This document shows positions 23,856 through 35,224 of a DNA stretch of 64,000 bases, in pieces. Origin of the DNA: Hyaloraphidium curvatum SAG 235-1 (taxonomy: Eukaryota; Fungi; Monoblepharomycota). The DNA lies in contig JAIVFI010000034.1 in assembly GCA_025558095.1 (NCBI GenBank), positions 1 through 64,000 on the forward strand. Direction: 5' to 3'. The first letter of the stretch is position 1, and each line of letters opens with the position of its first letter. Below the pieces are notes generated by a model. That model made no database searches, was not told where the DNA came from, and was given only the letters and a program-made list of their open reading frames with translations. The translations under genes and the position numbers were made by a program.

Positions 23856-25316
23856 ATGGAGAATCCCGCCTTTGAACGCGAGCCTCGCCTCGAAAGCGGT
23901 GCGCCCCCGGGGGACGCGTCCGCGACGCCCCTTCACGGCGATGCTTCCGGTGCTCATCGCACACGTTCCGAGCCCGTGGGGCGAACGATTTGCACTCATG
24001 CGCGCTGCCCGCTCATTGGAAAGCCCCACAGGAGCCCGTCGTGCTGCCGACGGAGCTGCTTATCGCGGTCTTCCGACACGTGTTCCCGGAACTGAAGCTC
24101 CGCCACTGGCAGTCGCCCTATGGGCCGTGGGAATTTGCGGACTTCCACACGGCCTCCAAGATGTTGCGCCTGAGCAGGTCCTGCCACCTGCTCCTCCTTC
24201 CCCTCCTCATGAAGACGATTTCTGTGTATGCCATCGAGCTCCTGCCGTGCCGCAGGAGCAGGAGCAAACGAGCCTTCAGAGAGACAATGAATCTCGGCTT
24301 GAAGGCTCAGGAGCATCTCATGAGCAGCGAAGCCAATTTCGTGCACGTTCGCTGCCTCGGGGTCGACTGGCGCTCCTCAGGTCAGAGTCAGAGGCGGCTC
24401 CCTCCTATGTGCCGGAACCTGGTGCAGCTCTTCGCCCGGAACGCTTCGCTCTCGGAAGTGGCTTCCATGCCGTGCGCAGACGTCCTGCGTGTCCTCGTTT
24501 TTTTCGCAAATGGATCGCGGCGCGCTGCGTTTGTTCGACGTGGCCCGCGACCTGCAGGTGCGGTTCCACAGTCTGGAGAGGCTCGTCCTCGAGCGGGCTT
24601 ACGACCCGGACCTGCTGGACTGGTTCGCCGAGCGGAGCCCCCGCCTGCGCGGCATCGAGATCTTGTCGCCGACGTGCCTCGGGAGCCGGCCGCCTCGCCC
24701 GCCGAAGCCGGAAACGTTAGCCCTCGTTGACAGGCTGTGCATCGAGTTCCGTCTGGACTCGGCGGAACAGATTGCCGTGGCCATGGCTTCGGTGAAGCTG
24801 CCCTGCTCCGGCAGGCCCGCACTGCGGCCTCGGGTGCTGCAGGTGCGCAACGCCTTCAGCTGGTGGGTATCTTTCACCGGCCCCGACAGGGAGAACGTGC
24901 ATGCTCGCACGGCATGGCGCGCACTGGTGGGTCTCGATGGGATCGAGGAGCTGTACCTCGTCAACTCGGACACGACCATCCTTTCGTGCGGGCTACCGGA
25001 GGGCCTCCGGAAGCTGCGCCTGTGTTGGTGCTTCCTCAATGCGGGACCCAACCGTGCACTCGGCGGCGTGAAGGCCGTGCTCGGTCCCACCGTGGAGGTG
25101 TCCTTCCTCGGCCCGTACCTCCCGTTCGAACCGCAGGATGTCGATGGCACCTTCTGGGAGCCGGGAATGGCCGCCGTAGAGCTCGCTTTCTGGCGTGCGA
25201 GATCCGTGGACGGGGCCTTGGAAGCAGTTTCGGACGACATCGAGATGGAACTGCCCAGGGCGCTGGGAGAGAAGCTCGACGTGCTTTGTTCGCTGGCCTA
25301 CCGCGAGATCTGGTGA
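23856..25316 (+). pseudogene. F-box-like/LRR-like protein, paralogue 2 (frameshift at T7 run 24498-24504)
   Basis: Intron 23976-24031, LPTELLIAVFR, and AYDPDLLDWFAERSP nearly identical to paralogue 1. Confidence 0.6.
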
Positions 25317-25441
25317 ACCAAAGATCGGATGGATGGGCGACAGGGAACTGGGGGTGACGGAGCTTCCGAGGAGGCTGATGGAGGCGGAAAGAAGTGAAAA
25401 GGGGCAAGAAGTTCCGAGGGGTCGCAGGGGTGAGAACCTGG

Positions 25442-25488
25442 GGTATAGAGATGTCTAGTGTGGCAGCTTTGCCGTCAAGATGGAAATC
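25442..25488. repeat. ~47-bp imperfect direct repeat, copy 1
   Basis: ggtatagagatgtctagtgtggcagctttgccgtcaagatggaaatc. Confidence 0.8.
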
Positions 25489-25615
25489 CACGATGCCGAG
25501 ACCGCAATATTGCGAGTTGGCATCCGGCCGCGCCTGCCGCGCCTGCCGAAGCAGCACGCGGCGACGGCCTCTCAAAAGCCAGCGCCAACTGCCTCCCACG
25601 GTCTCCCGCCGCAAA

Positions 25616-26761
25616 ATGAGCGCAATCAAGTCCGAGTACCCGGTCCAGGGCAAGGTTCGTCCCGTGCTTTCCACGCCGGCGCGCAGCTGAACCCACCGCA
25701 GGTCGTCCTCATCACCGGCGGCGCCAGGCAAGTCCGCGCGCCTTCCCGCCTTCCCCGACCGACCGACCGACCCGCAGCGGCTTCGGCGCGGACCTCGCCA
25801 ACAAAATCGCGTCCCGGAAGCCCGCGGTGCTCGTGCTCGCGGACATCCAGGCCGAGCTCGGGCAGAAGGTCGCGGGGGAGCTGAGCGCTAAGCACGGGGT
25901 CAAGGTGGTGTCCAGGAGGGTGGACCTGAGCGATCTCGCGCAGGTGAAGGAGATGGTGGTCGGGACCATCAAGGAGTTTGGGGGTTTGGATGTGGGTGTG
26001 ACGCCTTCGGAAGAGGCATTGGTTGACGAGGAACTGATTTGGGGACGCGCAGGTGCTCGTCAACGTGGGTGCCTTGGCCCGTCGCCCCGCTGATCCGAAT
26101 GAGCTGACGAGGTTCGACAGAATGCCGGGATCGCGGACGGGTCGTGGCCCAAGGCCGTGGACAAAGGCGACTTTAACGTACCCCCCGACAGCTTCGTGCG
26201 GATGACGACGATCAACTACTCGGCGCTCGTCTACGCGACGGAGCTCGCGATCGTGGGGGCCAAGAAGAGCGGGAAGAAGCTGGTGGTGGTCAACGTGGCG
26301 TCGGTCGCGGGCCTGATCCCGCAGAAGGAGCCGATCTACGTGGGTGAAAAGCCGTCTTCACGCTCCCTTTCGCCCTCTCATCCAAATCTTCCAGGCCTCG
26401 GGCAAAGCCGCCGTCATCCACTTCACCCGCTGCCTCGCCGACCTGGCCCCCGCCGTCAGGGTCAACGTCGTGCTCCCGAACGCCGCGCCGACCCCGTTGT
26501 TCATGCAGGGAACGGGGAGCGAGTTCCACAAGATGATGCAGAACCACATGGTCACGATTGACGCCGTATCCGAGGCCATGCTCCGGTGCGTGCTGGACGA
26601 GTCACTCGCGGGTGGGTGATCGATTGCTGGGAGGGTTTGGGGATGCTACTGACTTTGCGCGTGCAGGGCAGACTGTCAGGGTCGTGCCGCGCGGGACGGA
26701 CGTGTGGGACCACAGAACGGGAAAGGCGACGCCGATCAACCAGTTTGTTGGAAAGATTTGA
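25616..26761 (+). CDS. Short-chain dehydrogenase/reductase (15-hydroxyprostaglandin DH-like), multi-intron
   Basis: VVLITGGA(S)GFG, LADI, VLVNNAG, VNVASVAG, Y..(ASG)K catalytic motif split by an intron. Confidence 0.85.
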
Positions 26762-26878
26762 GGTCAGGTAGAATTCTAGCGGGATTCCCCCCGTGGGCAG
26801 AAAGGATGTGGGGAAGTTTGAAATCCTCTTTTAGCGGGACGACAGTGCAATGTAAAGGCAAAAGCGAAAAGAAGATGT

Positions 26879-26925
26879 GGTATCGAGATGTCTAGTGCGG
26901 CAACTCGCCGCCAAGATGGAAATCG
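26879..26925. repeat. ~47-bp imperfect direct repeat, copy 2
   Basis: ggtatcgagatgtctagtgcggcaactcgccgccaagatggaaatc. Confidence 0.8.
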
Positions 26926-26964
26926 AAACGTACAAGAGCCTGCCGCGACCACACCCGTGAGCCC

Positions 26965-27942
26965 TCACGCCTCCGACCCCTCCACCGGCATCCCCACCAG
27001 CCCCCCCTCCCTCGCCGCCCTCCTCAGATCCCTGAACGAGTTGCCGTCGTTCCGACAGTCGCTCGGGCTCACCGCCACGGTGATGGTCTGCATCCCTCCG
27101 GCGGCGGTGCGCCTTTTGAGGACGCGGTGCTTGCCCTGTCGCACCTGTACGAAGCCCATGGCTGCCGCGGCGGAGAGGGGGGAGCGGTATTGGGAGAAAA
27201 GGGCGGTGATGGCGCGGTCCGGGTCGGGTTCGGCGGGCGTGGGGGCCGGGGTGCGGGTTTGGGGCGTCGGGGTGGAGGTGGGGGGGAGGGAAGAGACGGT
27301 GAGGGTTGCGGAGGAGGTGGAAGAGTCCGATGGGGTCGGGGAGGGGGCGCGGGAAGTGGTTTCCGAGCGGGGAGGAGAAGGCGGCGGAAGGGCGGGCTTG
27401 GGTTCCGAGGTGCCCTTGATCCGGAGCACGCGGACCCGTGCCGGCGACCGCAAAGGAACCGAGGCGGCCCGTGTCGTGGGCGCCTTTGAGTCCTTGGCGA
27501 ACCAGCCCGGGACGCCCGGAGCGGACTTTGGCCGGCCTCGGGGCGCCAGACCCGGCCAATTGTCGGCTTGGGACACCGAGCAGGCGCCCATCCTGGCCGC
27601 TAGAGAGTTCGAATTCGCATTTCGCCGGTCGCTTGGGCCGGAGAGGTGTGAGCCAGCTGCCGGCCCGAGCGCGCCGGAAGGTCGAGTCGCCGGTGTGGCG
27701 AGCGCCGCGTCGGCCTCCGCCTCCTGGCGCTCCCTCTCAGCGGCGGCAGAGGCAACCGACGCCCACGAGTTGCCTTTGGGCGGGTCCATAGGGGATTCGG
27801 CCGGCGGGGAGGTGCCGGTGGGAGCAGCTGCATCCCGCTCCCCGGGCTGCGCGGCGGCCCCCGCGCCGGCCGCCGCCCGCTCCCGCCGCGCGGCGCGGCG
27901 CTTGGCGTTCTTAGAAACCTGTCCCGGAACCAATGGTGGCAT
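26965..27942 (-). CDS. Disordered Pro/Ser/Thr-rich protein with C-terminal HicA-like domain
   Basis: Intronless ORF from MPPLVPG. C-terminus GFVQVRQGKHRVLKR...TITVAVSPSDCRNDGNSFRDLRR. Confidence 0.6.
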   Translation of the reverse strand: MPPLVPGQVSKNAKRRAARRERAAAGAGAAAQPGERDAAAPTGTSPPAESPMDPPKGNSWASVASAAAERERQEAEADAALATPATRPSGALGPAAGSHLSGPSDRRNANSNSLAARMGACSVSQADNWPGLAPRGRPKSAPGVPGWFAKDSKAPTTRAASVPLRSPARVRVLRIKGTSEPKPALPPPSPPRSETTSRAPSPTPSDSSTSSATLTVSSLPPTSTPTPQTRTPAPTPAEPDPDRAITALFSQYRSPLSAAAAMGFVQVRQGKHRVLKRRTAAGGMQTITVAVSPSDCRNDGNSFRDLRRAAREGGLVGMPVEGSEA

Positions 27943-28061
27943 TCCGGAGTGCGCTGGACAACGTGAGGTGTTGTTGATCAAGAGGCGCTGCGTCCCACAG
28001 GCGGAAGGGGCGGAGTTCGCTCCGGCTCGAGCCACCCAATGTCCGAAAGTCCGTCTGGAAC

Positions 28062-28775
28062 ATGGAGCAGCAGCAATGGCATTCGATTGTAGTGCAAACG
28101 AATCCGCAGCAAAGTGTAATCGGATGTCGCGGCAAGACGCAATGCCCCGAGTCGACGCTGATGAATTCTAACCAATCCCGAGCTCCCGAGCATTCTCGGA
28201 GCCCGCTTCTTCTCCCTCCTCTACGGGAACATCGCACGCGCAGTGCTCAAGATCCTGATGGTGCTGATCGACGCCCGCCCCGTGCGGAAGCGGCTCTTTG
28301 CAGACGGCACGCCGGCAAGTGGGCCGGGGAACGCGCCGGGGGCCTTCTGGCCATCGGCGGGGACGGCATGGGGTTCCTCTACTTCTTCTCGCAGTTCGTG
28401 AACTGGTGCGAGGGAACGGTTCCCGCGGACATCTGGGAACTGGCCCACCAGGACCGGAACATCCTGTGCAGCTTCGTATTCCGGAACGAGACCGTGGCCG
28501 GCGCGACCGGGTTCGCCTCGGCGGACGGCTGGAAGGACATCGCCAGGCAGTCGATCCGGTCGATCCGGACGGCGATGGGCCCCGCGGCGTCGACCTGTGA
28601 CCACTGCCTCAAGCCCGGAAGCGAGATGAAGAGGTGCTCGAGGTGCAAGGTCGCGCACTACTGCTCGTCGGAATGCCAGGTCGCGGCTTGGAAGGCCGGG
28701 CACCGCGCGGCGTGCGCGGGAGGTGCGAGCGCGGCGCACGAGTCGGCCAAGGCAGGCGCTGTAGACGCAGAGTGA
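28062..28775 (+). CDS. MYND zinc-finger protein of a different subtype (start uncertain, possibly a fragment)
   Basis: TCDHCLKPGSEMKRCSRCKVAHYCSSECQVAAWKAGHRAAC. Confidence 0.7.
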   Translation: MEQQQWHSIVVQTNPQQSVIGCRGKTQCPESTLMNSNQSRAPEHSRSPLLLPPLREHRTRSAQDPDGADRRPPRAEAALCRRHAGKWAGERAGGLLAIGGDGMGFLYFFSQFVNWCEGTVPADIWELAHQDRNILCSFVFRNETVAGATGFASADGWKDIARQSIRSIRTAMGPAASTCDHCLKPGSEMKRCSRCKVAHYCSSECQVAAWKAGHRAACAGGASAAHESAKAGAVDAE

Positions 28776-29225
28776 CCACACCTTGCCGCGGCGCGGAGAG
28801 GTCGCGCGTCCCGAAGCTTCGCTCCCGCCAGACTGGCGGCAATTCGGAAATCGTGAAGTTCTTGGTCGTTTGTCACGGAACGGCCCTGCGCGCGGCCGTG
28901 CTTCGCGATCGGGTCCGATCAGGGTGCTGGGCGGGCGGCGCGGGCCGCCCGGGCGGTGCGGGGGGGCGGCGGGCCGCCTGCCTCGTCTCGCGCGCGCCCT
29001 CCCCCCGGCCCAGCTGCCATTGAGCGAGGACAGATAAGGCCAACTATTGAACAGTCGCGACGAGGCCTAAGGCAGTTCGGTCATTGGTGCCGCACCTCGG
29101 ATCAACCTTGGGTCCGGGCTGGGCATGGCTGAGCCGCTCACGAGCCTCTTTTCGGTCACTGCGGCCGCAAAACCACTATCGCGGACCTTCCAGGCGGCCC
29201 CTCGGATCGGCACCCCGGCCGTGCC

Positions 29226-30122
29226 ATGGGCCGCCTCCTCCTCTGCCTCGCCGCGCTGGTCGCGGCAGCGGCCGCCGCCGCCGGGTCGTGGGTCGCTCCC
29301 GGCGCTCGCCTCCGCTATGCCGACGCCCGTTCCCCCGACAGGCCGGTGCCCGCCGACGAGTTCGACGCCTCCGCGGACGTGGTCGCCGCGTCCCCCGGCG
29401 CGATCTTCAGGCGCAGCTGCGCGGAGTGTGTCGAGGACACCTTTTGGTTGAGTGGCCCCCGCCCGCCCGCGCGACCGCGCTCACCGGCCGCCCGCAGCGA
29501 GTTCAACTACCCCGGCGCGCCCGAGGGACAGGTTGCCTGCGTCGGGCTCGGACCGGAGGACCTGCACGGGCTGTACCGGCGGTACGCCGAGCCCGACCCC
29601 ATCCCGCCCAGCTGGGGCACCGAGACGGCCATGACGATCATCGGCAACATGCCGCAGACGAACGACAACGGTTTCACCGGCTCCCTGAACTCGGTCACCG
29701 TCAGGACGTTCAAGATCACCCTGGCCGCGACCGCCAGGTGCAGGATCACCTCGGTCGTCATGCGGCTCGCGAGCTCGAGCGCGACCATGCCGACGGTGCA
29801 GATCCGCGACGACGTCGGGACCAGCAACCCGGGCTCCACCGTGCTGGACGCGCTCGTGTCTCCCTCCAGGTCGGGATCGAGCGCCGTCGATTACACCTAC
29901 ACCCCGAGGAACGCGAGCACCGTCTACGACGAGGGAAGCTCCTTCTGGCTCTTTGCCACCGGCGGATCAGCGGCCTGGCAGTCCAGCAGCCCCGGCAAGG
30001 GGTACTCCGGGGTCGCCACCGCGGCCGCGAACCGGTACAGCGGCGACAGCGGTGCGAGCTACACGAATTCGTTCTTCCTCCAGACGTTCCGGATCAACGG
30101 CGCCTGCCAGATCCTGTCTTGA
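29226..30122 (+). CDS. Secreted LYRRY-module protein with choice-of-anchor-R-like beta domain
   Basis: Signal peptide, in-frame introns 29288-29341 and 29447-29497, spliced CAECVEDTFCEF..ACVG..LYRRY. Then IIGN..ITSVVMRL..VQIRDD..NPGSTVL..YTYTP..FWL. Confidence 0.75.
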   Translation: MGRLLLCLAALVAAAAAAAGSWVAPGARLRYADARSPDRPVPADEFDASADVVAASPGAIFRRSCAECVEDTFWLSGPRPPARPRSPAARSEFNYPGAPEGQVACVGLGPEDLHGLYRRYAEPDPIPPSWGTETAMTIIGNMPQTNDNGFTGSLNSVTVRTFKITLAATARCRITSVVMRLASSSATMPTVQIRDDVGTSNPGSTVLDALVSPSRSGSSAVDYTYTPRNASTVYDEGSSFWLFATGGSAAWQSSSPGKGYSGVATAAANRYSGDSGASYTNSFFLQTFRINGACQILS

Positions 30123-30399
30123 AATGGAGCAGGTGTGGTCGTGCGAGGCGGATGGGGTAGGACTGGTGATCCTACTCGCGCCCATGCGGCGGCGATGGGG
30201 AGGGCTGGCGATGGTGCAGGACCCTGCTCCACGGACGGGCAACAGAGGCACGCGGGAGCGCCGCAATTGGCACGGGTGAATCGGCAATAGCAAGCACTGT
30301 AGACGCAGAATAAGTACATCCTCCCGTCTTTTTCCGTTTCGCAACGCGGCCAGCGCGTGGTTTGCCACCGCGGATCAGGGCCTCCTGGCGGACGAGGCT

Positions 30400-30944
30400 C
30401 TAGTGGTTGTAGGCATCCGGGTCCACGGGAGCGCTGTCGTTGGGGGACGGTCAGCGTGATCGCGGGGACGAAAGCGCGCGGGCCCAGCCACCTCAGGTCG
30501 ATCTTGACCTTCTCCTTGGGCTCATCCGCACCGTCCGCGCCGGCGGCCGCACTGCCCGACCACCATCGCGATCAGCCATCATTGCCCATCGGATCGAACT
30601 GCGGGAAAGCGGGAAACCCACGCGGCCTTGGGCGCCTTGCTGTGGTGCACGCCCGCCGAGGCGAGCAGCGCCTCGGCGTCCTTGACGGCCCCGCCGTGGT
30701 TGAAGATCCCGTCGAACACGCCGGCACGGTGGTGCTCGACGCCGTGGTCGTCGGCGAGATCGTCGACGTGGGTCCTGTTGCGCACGGGGTCAGCGGCCGC
30801 CGCGGAGAGCGGCGGGGGGACCCACCCGGCGGCCTGCGCCTTGGCAGCCTCCGAGTTCCGTCCGGAGGCAGTATTTTTGAACTGCTTCACGAACTCCTCG
30901 GTGTCGTCCACGGCGGCGGGGCGGGCGGGGGCGTCGGAGGCCAT
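30400..30944 (-). CDS. Small hypothetical protein, 2 introns
   Basis: MASDAPARPAAVDDTEEFVKQF..., splices via GT..AG introns to ...KVKIDLSAPVDPDAYNH*. Confidence 0.55.
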
Positions 30945-31884
30945 TTCTGCGTTCGGTTGTGCGGGAGACGGAGGGACCCTGAGTCCGAAGGGAGCGGGGT
31001 GCGGGCGCCAGGGCCCTTGGCGGTCGGTGGCGCCACTGGTTAGCACTGTGCGTCGCCACTTCCAAAGAACGAGAGAGGAAGCGGGTTCCGCGTAGTTGAC
31101 TTCTCTGAACATTGCATGGCCAGATGCTCGTGTCTCCCGGTGAAAGCCAATCTTATCAACCTGGGAGCTTCAGAGTCCCTGCATTTCGGTGGGCTCAAGG
31201 AACAAGATGCATCCCATTTGCTTGATGCTTGTGGAAGCTCCGATTTGCTGCCAGTGTCCCTCAGGAATGGGACGTGCGGAATGCATATTGGCGCACTCAC
31301 GCGGGACCCTGCCCAGCGACCCCTCTCAACTTCGAAGCGGCGGCGCGCCCCCGGGCCAAGCGGAACCACAGAAAACGCCTTTACCGCACCCGATTTCGTT
31401 TGAGTTGATACTGGCGTTTGGTTTCAAAGGAGTGGGTGGGTAACGTCGACCCTCGGTCCAGAACCAGGGGAAAGGTGACTCGCCCGGGGGAAAACAGGGG
31501 ACCGCTTCTCTGCCTCCATAATCCCCGAACCGGCGATCGTTGTTGCCTCTGCTGATATTGTTGGCCACCGGGGGCCGCCCCGTCCGGGGTCTCGGCCGTT
31601 GCCGCCCGATCGGGCCGCCCGTCCGTTTTGCCGATCTCGATCTGCCATCTGCCCATCTGAAGCCCCCGGTCCCGCGAAGCCCCTCGATCCCTGTGCGGCC
31701 GGACCCCGGGGATAGGTCCAGACCCGTCCCCCGCGTGACTCCTGGTCGTGCGTGCCCAGCAGCTGCCCGCAAAGTGCGCCGATTCGTCGGGCAGCGCTCG
31801 ACCCCACAGCCGCGAGCCCGCGGTTGACGTGGGTGGCTGGGGTGTCCCCTTCGGCCCGCACTCCCGCCGGCTCTTTCCCCCGCG

Positions 31885-33741
31885 ATGGCGCCCGACGCCG
31901 CCGCCGCGGAGCGCGAGGGCCGCGCGAAGAAGCGGCAGTTTGAGGCCGTCCGCACGCTCGGCAGGGGAACCTCGGGTACCGTGAAGCTCTGCCGGTTCAA
32001 ACCCACCGGGGCATTGGTGGCCCTCAAGAGCCTCGTCAAGGCGCACACGGACGGCACGGGCGCCGAGAGCTTCTGGCGGGAGGTCACGGCGCTGCGGACC
32101 GCGGGCAGGCACGAGAACCTGTGCGGTCTGCTGGACGCTTTCGAGACCTCGACGAAATACTACCTGGTGGGTGGTCCGGGCGGCAAGTGCGGCACAAGGG
32201 GGGAGCGGGTGCCGCTGTGGGAGTTTCGGAACAATATCTCGGCCGTCCCATTCGCTTGGCCGGGGCGATAGCCACGGCATGAGCGTGGGCACGCTCGGGC
32301 CAGTCGTTCCTCATTTTTCCATGGCACGTCCTGATCGCCTTTCCGACTACAGGTCCTCGAGTACTGCTCCGGGGGCGACCTCTTCAACCGCCTCGCCAGC
32401 GGAGGCGTCTTCACCGAGGCGCACGCCGCCACCTCGGTCGCCACAATCCTCAACGCCCTCCACTTCCTCCACTCGCACGGCGTGGTCCACCGCGACCTTA
32501 AGCCGGCCAACCTCCTGATGCGTGATTCGTCGCTCAACGCGGCGCTGGTGCTCGTGGACTTTGGCTCGTCGTTCGTCGGCACGGGCGTGCAGGCGTCCGG
32601 GGGCAAGGACGCCATGCAGACGCTCGCGGGGACCCCTTACTACCTCGCGCCCGAGATCGTGCGCGGCAAGCGGTACTCTTCCAAATGCGACCTCTGGAGC
32701 ACGGGCTGCATCGCGTACGAGCTGCTGGCGGGCTGCACGCCCTTCCACTACGCCAGCTCGATCCAGGACCTCTACAAGCGCATCCGCCGCGCGGACTTTT
32801 CCTTCCCCCCCGAATGCGGCTCCGACCTCGCGCGCGACTTTGTCTGCCGGCTCCTGGACCCGGACCCGCGCGCCCGGCCGACGGCGCTCGAGGCGCTGGG
32901 GCACCCGTGGATCCGGACCTACGTGCCGTCGTACTACCTCATGCTCCTCGCGCTCTTCAACCACGAGGCCGACCCGAAGATGTTCGGCCCGCCGCCCGCC
33001 AACGCGACCGACGCCCTGTTCGAGGTGTCGGACTCGGGCGTGAGCATGGAGCGCATGTCGGTCGCCGAACCCTTGCGGCAGAAGTGGGAGGACATTGGCC
33101 GGCCGGGGCCGCTGCAGGTGCCCGTGGTGGACGTGCCGGACACGTTCGTGGCGGACATCAGCTCGGCCGCGCTGCCGGTCGACCCCGCGCGGGCGCGGAG
33201 GGAGGCGGAGGAGCGGATGCTCGTCGCGCTGGAGCAGTCGGGCTTCGTGTGGACGGGGCAGATGGCGGCGGGGGTCGAACAGAGCGTGCTGGACCGGCTG
33301 GTGGAAAAGTCGGGGTTCGTGTGGTCTTCCGGATTCGGCGATTCGCTGCCGGACGAGCACGAGCACGGGAGCGGGGACGAGGATTCGGGAGGCCCGGGGG
33401 ATGCAGGAGGGCCGGGCGGGCCGGATACGGACGGCGTGTCGCGGGTCGGCAGCGACTCCACCGCCGACGCGGTATCGCGCATCGGGAGCGACACCACCGC
33501 GGACGGCATCTCCCGGATCGGCAGCGACTCCACCCGCGTGGAGCGCCGGATCGTGCGCACGGGGACCGAGTCGACCATCGCCGCCTCGGCGGTCGACGAG
33601 AGCGAGACGGACACGATACGGCGGCACCGGAAGGGGGAGAAGCACGGGCATGCGAGGGCGATCACCGTGGACAGCATGGTGTCGGAGTTTGCGGCTTTCG
33701 GGTTGGGGCGGGAGCGGCGGGAGGGGTCGAGTTCGTCGTGA
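31885..33741 (+). CDS. CAMK-group Ser/Thr protein kinase
   Basis: LGRGTSGTV, VALK, VHRDLKPAN, DFG, GTPYYLAPE, DLWSTG. One intron near 32167-32352. Confidence 0.92.
33430..33535 (+). repeat. Three ~36-bp coding tandem repeats (D-G/A-V/I-SR-V/I-GSD-S/T-T-A)
   Basis: DGVSRVGSDSTA DAVSRIGSDTTA DGISRIGSDST. Confidence 0.8.
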
Positions 33742-33949
33742 CTTGGGTGGCGCGTTGCCAGTGTAGTGCGTAGTGATCTAGCTTCACTGTTTCTGAACGG
33801 ATGGCTGGAATGGCGATGATCTGGAGCTCCGTGTGATGGCCGTCCGCCGGGAGACACCAAGGGGCGAGGCGTGCGCCACCCCTTCGCCACCTGAACCACC
33901 ACCGTCGGCCTTGCCCGCCCTATCGTTGCCCGCCCCTTCCACTCCCGCC

Positions 33950-35016
33950 ATGGCCGCCACGGCCACCGTGTCCGCCGACCTCGCCGCGCTGCCGCCCGCC
34001 GCACTGCCCGCGGCCACGGCCGACCTCGACCGCGCCGAGCGCGACCTGCGCGAGCACGGCATCTGCATCGTCAAGGACGTGCTGTCGAAGGAGCAGGTCG
34101 ACGACATCCGCGCGCTGCTGCACCGCTGCATCGCGCAGGACGCAAGGAAGCCGCAGAACGTGCGGTTCGGGCTGGACAACTCGGACCTCAACAAGCGCGT
34201 GTGGAACCTGCCCAGCCGCGACCAGGTGAAGCACGCGGGGTCCACCTCTGTTGAAGTGGCTAACCCTTCCAATGTTACTTGCTGGAACCTGCTTTCTGCT
34301 ACCAGGTGGGTCCCATGGGGCGCACGCTCCTAAAGTAGCTGACCTCATGGTTGTGGCAACAGATCTTCTGCGACCTCGTCACGCACCCCGCCGCCCTGCG
34401 CCTCGTCAAGTCCGTCCTCGGCTGGCCCTGCCTCCTCGGCAACTTCTCCGCCAACGTGGCCCTCCCCGGCGCCGACCCGGGCGTGCTGCACGCCGACCAA
34501 GTCTTTGTCGACGAGCCCTGGCCGCAGAACCCGCAGGGCTGCAACGTCGCCTGGATCTGGGACGACTACACGGAGGCCAGCGGCGCCACGCGGTTCGTCC
34601 CCAACTCGCACAGGCTCAACCGCGGCGTCAGGCCCGAGGAGGCGGACGTCATGGGCATCCCGGCCGTGTGCCCGGCGGGGACCATGGTGGTCTTCGAGTC
34701 GAGGCTGTGGCACCGCGCGGGGCTCAACAAATCCGACAAGCCGCGCGCGGCGGGGTTCGCATGGTACTCGAAGCCCATATACCGGCAGCAGGAGAACTGG
34801 TTCGTGGCCGAACGCCCAGTGGCTTTCCCCCCTCACACTCTGCCGTGCAGGTTCCTATCCCTCAACCCCCGCGTGCTCGAGGGTGCCTCGGACGAGCTCC
34901 TCACGCTGCTCGCGTACCAGACCGTCGGCTTCGGCATGGTCAACGGGCACTCGCCAATGAAGACGTCGTTCGACGAGCAGGACCCGGGCTTCTACAAGGC
35001 GGAGGCCAAGATGTGA
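33950..35016 (+). CDS. Phytanoyl-CoA dioxygenase (PhyH) family 2OG-Fe(II) oxygenase, 2 introns
   Basis: GICIVKDVLS, LHADQ (HxD), GATRFVPNSH, LWHRAG, RQQEN. Confidence 0.85.
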
Positions 35017-35224
35017 GCGGGCGGAGGGAAAGCAGGATGTTGGTCGCGAAGCAGCGCGGTTGGATGTCGTCGGCAGCGAAGGTCAAACGCTTCGTACCGT
35101 TCGAGGTGCCGGGCTAGAGTTCGCAGGGACTTCGGTCCCCATTCACCGCGGGCGGCGCCCCGTGGCCGCCCCGTACTTCGGCCCAATCGATGCACAAAAG
35201 CCCGTAGCACGCCCGAGTTTCTTC

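Noticed and set aside
253-35016. Lipid-catabolism gene cluster (BVMO, thioesterases, lipase, FOX2-like, amidase, SDR, PhyH)
   Set aside because: These are large, common families interspersed with unrelated genes, and no shared regulatory motif was seen.
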